Of a stretch of DNA of 64,000 nucleotides, positions 59,825 to 64,000 are shown piece after piece (the stretch's first letter is position 1; each line of letters starts with the position of its first letter). Location of the stretch: NCBI GenBank assembly GCA_963707505.1, contig CAVPQB010000006.1, positions 96,001 to 160,000 on the forward strand, given 5' to 3'. The notes under the pieces were generated by a model that ran no database searches, had not been told where the DNA came from, and worked only from the letters and a program-made list of their open reading frames with translations. The position numbers were made by a program, and so were the translations under genes. This stretch comes from an uncultured Gemmatimonadales bacterium. Its GTDB lineage: Bacteria; Gemmatimonadota; Gemmatimonadetes; Gemmatimonadales; Gemmatimonadaceae.

Positions 59825-60523
59825 ATGATCCTTGCCCCCAAACATTTGAGTGGGATCTTCGTTTTAGTCGTGCTGGTGCTCGTATCCGCCGCTCCCGCTT
59901 CCGGACAAGCAACGCGCGAATCGATCTTCGCGCTCACGCCGCAATGCGTCGTCGCCTGCCAATCACCGCCATTAGCGCCGGATTCGACGAATCATACTAC
60001 ATCCAGACACTATTGGCGTAATCTCGCCGCCGGCTTTGCAGCCAGCATCCTCGCGCACGAGGCGGGCCACGTTGGGATGTCCTACGTCCTCGGCGCGCAC
60101 CCTACCTTCGGCTTCGAGGACGGCAAGCCCACCGTCTATTCGGGAATCGACGCCGCCAGGGACCCCCACAAGCAGTTCCTCTTCTCCAGTGCCGGCCTCG
60201 ACGTGCAGGCAATAATGGATGAGGCGATCCTGGACATTCCGCATCAGCGCGGCGGTGCCTTCGAGCGCGGTATTCTCGCCGGCGGAATTGCTACGGCGTA
60301 CTTCTACGCGACATTCGGACGCAACGCGCCGAACAGCGACATCACCTACATGGCGCGCACGTCATCGATGAACAGGACGACTGCATCGCTCATATACGCC
60401 GGCCTCGCGACCATTCAGACGATTCGCATCGCGCACGACGGACACTACGCAAACTTCTTCATGCGCCCTTCGTCCGACGGCGCGATCAATGTTGGAGTTG
60501 CGCTGCTGCCGGACGACCGGTAG
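59825..60523 (+). CDS. Hypothetical exported/membrane protein with HExxH motif
   Basis: Signal-like N-terminus; LAHEAGHV; SAG; SD. Confidence 0.6.
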   Translation: MILAPKHLSGIFVLVVLVLVSAAPASGQATRESIFALTPQCVVACQSPPLAPDSTNHTTSRHYWRNLAAGFAASILAHEAGHVGMSYVLGAHPTFGFEDGKPTVYSGIDAARDPHKQFLFSSAGLDVQAIMDEAILDIPHQRGGAFERGILAGGIATAYFYATFGRNAPNSDITYMARTSSMNRTTASLIYAGLATIQTIRIAHDGHYANFFMRPSSDGAINVGVALLPDDR

Positions 60524-62069
60524 TAGTAGAGGTAGTAGACGTACCGCCGGGCGCACTGGCAGAATCGGGTCGCGCTCCGGCTGGCCTCGCGGTCGTATCG
60601 GCAGCCCACACCGCGCCATCCGCCTTCCGTACTACCTGGTGAAGTCCGATGTCGCGCGCGAGCGTCTCCGGCGCGACAAAGTCCGGGCTCCGCTCGTCGA
60701 ATGCGACGACATATCCGTGATTCGCGCGTATCCGCTCTGCGAACCCTGACATGTCTCCCGGATCTGAGCTGTCAGGAAGCTCGCGCGCAATGCGGTTCGC
60801 ATGGAAATACAACGCTGCTGGCCAGTTGGAATAGAGCGGCCGGCCGGCTGCGTTGGCGCGAACCCAGGCGGTGAGAGGCGAATCGCGCCAGCTCGTGTTG
60901 GCGAAGTCGCTTCCTTCCGTCGTCGCATACACCGCGTCGTTCACGGTCGCTGTTGCGGTTGCGCCAAGCCAGACGAGCGCGACTGCCGCAATCGCCACGT
61001 GTACCGGCAAATGATATGCGCGCCACCAGTACCCGATCGCTGTGACGGCCTCTATCTCGATGAGCACGATAAGCGGCGCCAGAATGCGCCAGTCGAATGG
61101 GATCGTGCCACCAACGAACGCGCGAGATACGACGATGACAGCGACGTAGCATGCGCCGAGCAGTGAGGCCGCGCCGAGTAGCGCGGACACTCCACCGACA
61201 CGAAGCTGCTTGAGACGGTTGCCCGAAGTGTCGCTCGCCGCCATGATGACGAACGCAGCCAGGGCGACCGTCAGAACCAGCGCGAGAGCCCGTTGGAGCG
61301 TTCCGTCCGAGAGTAGCGGGGCAAGCCACTCCGCGAGTGTGTCACGGGCCTGAATGATCGTGTCGCTCCAGCCGCCATACACGTTCAACCTGGGCGTCGC
61401 GTGACGATCTGGTACAATGGCGGTGCGCGCAAACCATAGCGCGAGCGCGACGAACGGCAGGAACGCGACGGTGATAGCGCGGCGCACGCGTGTGCGAAAA
61501 TCGCGCTGCGAATCGAACAGTGTCCAGATCACAGCGGCCGCGGGCGCAAATGCTCCGGCGTATCGCACCATTACGGTCGCTGTCGCGAGCACGCTCAGAA
61601 GAATGAGACGGTCACGGGCATAGACCATCACGAACAGCAGCAACACCATCAACGCGATGAAAAGCGGCTCGCTCAGCACCGAGAGGTACGTGTCGAACAC
61701 CGCCTGCGTCGCGAATATCACCACCGCTCCTGCCACACCGGCGAAAATACCGAGCGGACTTGAGATCAGCAGAACTATCGTTGCGGCAGTGACAGCGGCG
61801 GCGACGACGTTGATCCAGCGTGCCGACTGCACCGGCGACGCACCGAGGAATACAGGCACCGCGATGGCCGCCGGAAAGCCGGGTGGCCACAGGGAAAGCG
61901 CGGAGGTGGAATCGGCTCGCTCCCACTCCGCTGTCGGAACGCGCATGCGGCCCTGACGCACCAGTGACGTCGCCGCACCCATGTACGCCATCGAGTCTGG
62001 GTCCAGACCGGGACCCGGCGAGCTGGTCGAGAGAAAAACGAGGGCCGCGGCAATCACCGCGGCCCCCAA
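60486..62069 (-). CDS. Polytopic membrane protein, GT-C/PMT-like glycosyltransferase
   Basis: PDSMAY, WPPGFP, LSEPLF, RYAG, many TM helices; start uncertain. Confidence 0.65.
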   Translation of the reverse strand: MGAAVIAAALVFLSTSSPGPGLDPDSMAYMGAATSLVRQGRMRVPTAEWERADSTSALSLWPPGFPAAIAVPVFLGASPVQSARWINVVAAAVTAATIVLLISSPLGIFAGVAGAVVIFATQAVFDTYLSVLSEPLFIALMVLLLFVMVYARDRLILLSVLATATVMVRYAGAFAPAAAVIWTLFDSQRDFRTRVRRAITVAFLPFVALALWFARTAIVPDRHATPRLNVYGGWSDTIIQARDTLAEWLAPLLSDGTLQRALALVLTVALAAFVIMAASDTSGNRLKQLRVGGVSALLGAASLLGACYVAVIVVSRAFVGGTIPFDWRILAPLIVLIEIEAVTAIGYWWRAYHLPVHVAIAAVALVWLGATATATVNDAVYATTEGSDFANTSWRDSPLTAWVRANAAGRPLYSNWPAALYFHANRIARELPDSSDPGDMSGFAERIRANHGYVVAFDERSPDFVAPETLARDIGLHQVVRKADGAVWAADTTARPAGARPDSASAPGGTSTTSTTTGRPAAAQLQH

Positions 62070-62083
62070 TACTGTTAGTGATT

Positions 62084-62713
62084 TCAGATGCGTGGGGAAT
62101 TGGAATTCGGCATCGTGTCTCGCTTGGGCATGGTGTCCTTCTTCGGCATCGTATCGCGACGCGGCGTCATCGGCATCATCGGCATTGTTGACATCGTATC
62201 GCGCTTCGCGGTCGTGTCAAGCGGTGGCTTGACGGGCATGGCTCCGCTCGACGTGTCGACGGGCGTTGTCGTCGTGTCATGCTTCGGTACCGCCATGGGG
62301 TTCGTCGCGGCATGTGACGGCGTCATCGGCGTGGCCTTGTTCAGATCGACCTTGCCGGCCGTGGAATCGGTCGTCGTGCTCGATCCACTTATTCCGCCGG
62401 CACTCATGCTGCCGCCGCTGGCGCCCGAACGAGCCATCTTGAGGCTGGGATCCGGGATTCCATTCCCGAACCCGATGTTCATCGCGGCGAGCATCGACTT
62501 TGCGTCAGTAGCACCGGAGTACTTGCTCTCGCATTTGTGGACCGCTGCGCGTGTGGTGGCGTCCATCCTTGCTGTAATGTGCGCCACACCGCAGCCGTCG
62601 TCCCGCAGCTGCTGCTGCAGTGCGATCGTCTCCACGCGTGTGAGCCCCTGTCCAAACGCCGGAGCGGTGCAACATACGGCGACCGCGCAGGCGCCAAGCA
62701 AACTGTACTTCAT
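62084..62713 (-). CDS. Secreted protein, PG-binding-like N-terminus and Met/Thr/Pro-rich tail
   Basis: SD GGAGG; signal peptide; ALQQQLRDDGC..MDATTRAAV; repeated DTM units. Confidence 0.7.
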   Translation of the reverse strand: MKYSLLGACAVAVCCTAPAFGQGLTRVETIALQQQLRDDGCGVAHITARMDATTRAAVHKCESKYSGATDAKSMLAAMNIGFGNGIPDPSLKMARSGASGGSMSAGGISGSSTTTDSTAGKVDLNKATPMTPSHAATNPMAVPKHDTTTTPVDTSSGAMPVKPPLDTTAKRDTMSTMPMMPMTPRRDTMPKKDTMPKRDTMPNSNSPRI

Positions 62714-62768
62714 GTTAGCCTCCAGAGGAGTGTGTCATGCGCCTAAAGCGCGCTATTTCCTCCAGTCG

Positions 62769-62783
62769 GCAAACGACGGGCCC
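62769..62783 (-). promoter_or_regulatory. Weaker sigma54 -24/-12 candidate
   Basis: GGGCCCGTCGTTTGC, GG-N10-GC spacing. Confidence 0.45.
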
Positions 62784-62788
62784 AAAAG

Positions 62789-63238
62789 CTATTTGAGCAC
62801 CACATGGGCGATGATGGCCCCGAGAGTGAGAAGTACAGCCGCCGCCGCGAACATCACCGCCGGATTCATACTTATCGAACGCTTGTACCACGGATGGTGG
62901 CCGCGGTAGGTGTCGTCCGGAAGCGAGTCCATGATCCGTTTGTGGACGTACAGTGGCGTGGTGCGGCTACGCAGCGTTTCCGCCTCGTCGTGGATCTTCG
63001 TCCAGAGGTCCACGGCATCATTGCCCCCCGGCGTCGCACGGACCAGGGCGATGCTGACGTCGCCATCGAGCCATTGATGCAACAACGCAGTCCCGCCGCT
63101 GTTTGGAATCGGAACTTCGCGATCCGGCGCGCGGTGCGTAAGCGCACCATCGTTGTCGCTCGGCTTCGACCGCGGCGGCTGATAGCCCAGTTCCGGGTCA
63201 GAGTGATCTTCTGGAGTGTGCAGGTCATCGTACATCAC
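62789..63238 (-). CDS. Putative anti-sigma factor with C-terminal TM anchor
   Basis: Overlaps the sigma stop codon; LLHQWLDGD motif; terminal TM helix. Confidence 0.6.
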   Translation of the reverse strand: MMYDDLHTPEDHSDPELGYQPPRSKPSDNDGALTHRAPDREVPIPNSGGTALLHQWLDGDVSIALVRATPGGNDAVDLWTKIHDEAETLRSRTTPLYVHKRIMDSLPDDTYRGHHPWYKRSISMNPAVMFAAAAVLLTLGAIIAHVVLK

Positions 63239-63795
63239 GCGTATTTCCCCTCAAGCAGGTGCTGGAGTGCCTCGCGTGCCCTGTGAACACGCATCTTGAG
63301 GGCTCCAACCGTTGTGCGCAACAGCTCCGCCATTTCCTCGTACGACCGTCCTTCCACGTGCTTCATCACAAAAGCTTCACGAAGGGCAGGGGCAAGAGCG
63401 GCGAGCGCCACTTCGAGATCCGTCCGCAATTCGTTGCGATCCAGCTCCTCTTCGGGCGTCGAATATGAGGACGGTTGATCGTCCTCTTCGTAACTGACGT
63501 GGGACCGACGAATGTTCTTGAGCCAATCCTTGCAAGCATTGGCTACGATGCGGAACACCCACGCATCGAACCTGCCACGCACTTCACCCAGATGTGCGTA
63601 TGCTTTGATGAACGACTGTTGCAGAATGTCCTCTGCAACATCCGGACTGCCGGTCATGCCGAGCGCGTGCCGGTACAGTGGATCGCTGTATCGGACAATC
63701 AGAAGCTCGAACGAGTCGCGTGACCCGTTCAACACGCGCTTGATGACCTCCTGGTCGAGGTCAGCCTGGTCGACCTGGCCGGTCGCAGAGGTCAC
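63235..63795 (-). CDS. ECF RNA polymerase sigma factor
   Basis: AEDILQQSFIKAY, FDAWVFRIVANACKD, REAF..EGRSYEEMAE..VGALKMRVHRAR. Confidence 0.93.
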   Translation of the reverse strand: MTSATGQVDQADLDQEVIKRVLNGSRDSFELLIVRYSDPLYRHALGMTGSPDVAEDILQQSFIKAYAHLGEVRGRFDAWVFRIVANACKDWLKNIRRSHVSYEEDDQPSSYSTPEEELDRNELRTDLEVALAALAPALREAFVMKHVEGRSYEEMAELLRTTVGALKMRVHRAREALQHLLEGKYA

Positions 63796-64000
63796 GGATG
63801 TTACCTACGGTTACCTGATTGGCATGAAATACGCCTATTCCGGCCATAATATCCACTAATCGGCGATACTACGCCACCCCGAAGCGTCAATGGGTTGCGA
63901 AAGTGTTGAAAAATCATATACTTAGCGCGGTTTACACCCATCTTCATCCAACTAGCCGCCCATGGCAGATAAGTCAGTGACGCCTGAGGTCACGCCGGAA

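Noticed and set aside
63820..63835. Sigma54-like GG-N10-GC upstream of the terminal ECF gene
   Set aside because: -12 element lacks TTGC and the match reads equally on both strands
1..64000. CRISPR array or cas genes linked to the TPR-CHAT protein
   Set aside because: No regularly spaced direct repeats and no Cas7-11 or other cas ORFs seen
63962..64000. Possible CDS start MADKSVTPEVTPE at the window end
   Set aside because: Too short to support any call

Overview
GC-rich bacterial chromosome segment. Gene content (many secreted peptidases, a TonB receptor, AddAB, ECF/CHAT genes) suggests Gemmatimonadota, but this is an inference, not verified. About 50 CDS and two tRNAs (Gln-CTG, Ala-CGC) can be supported. 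I saw no CRISPR array, integrase, transposase or prophage. Many genes, especially in the first 8.4 kb, are split by small indels that look like long-read assembly errors. Most notable: (1) an accessory locus at 19.4-28.1 kb with an exported TPR-CHAT (caspase-like) protease with intact His/Cys dyad, a coupled ECF sigma plus membrane anti-sigma, an unknown 267-aa partner, and a divergent OMP / small Cys-helical protein / Ig-lipoprotein set, next to a VapBC pair; (2) an unannotated Trp-Trp-Trp leader peptide and attenuator-like hairpin upstream of a variant trpS; (3) sigma54 -24/-12 motifs in front of several small stress-type genes; (4) a recurring TAnnnT hexamer 6 nt before start codons, suggesting leaderless mRNAs; (5) an N6-adenine methyltransferase + SNF2 helicase pair with no visible nuclease; (6) two candidate structured ncRNAs. 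All protein family calls come from motif recognition by eye, with no database searches.
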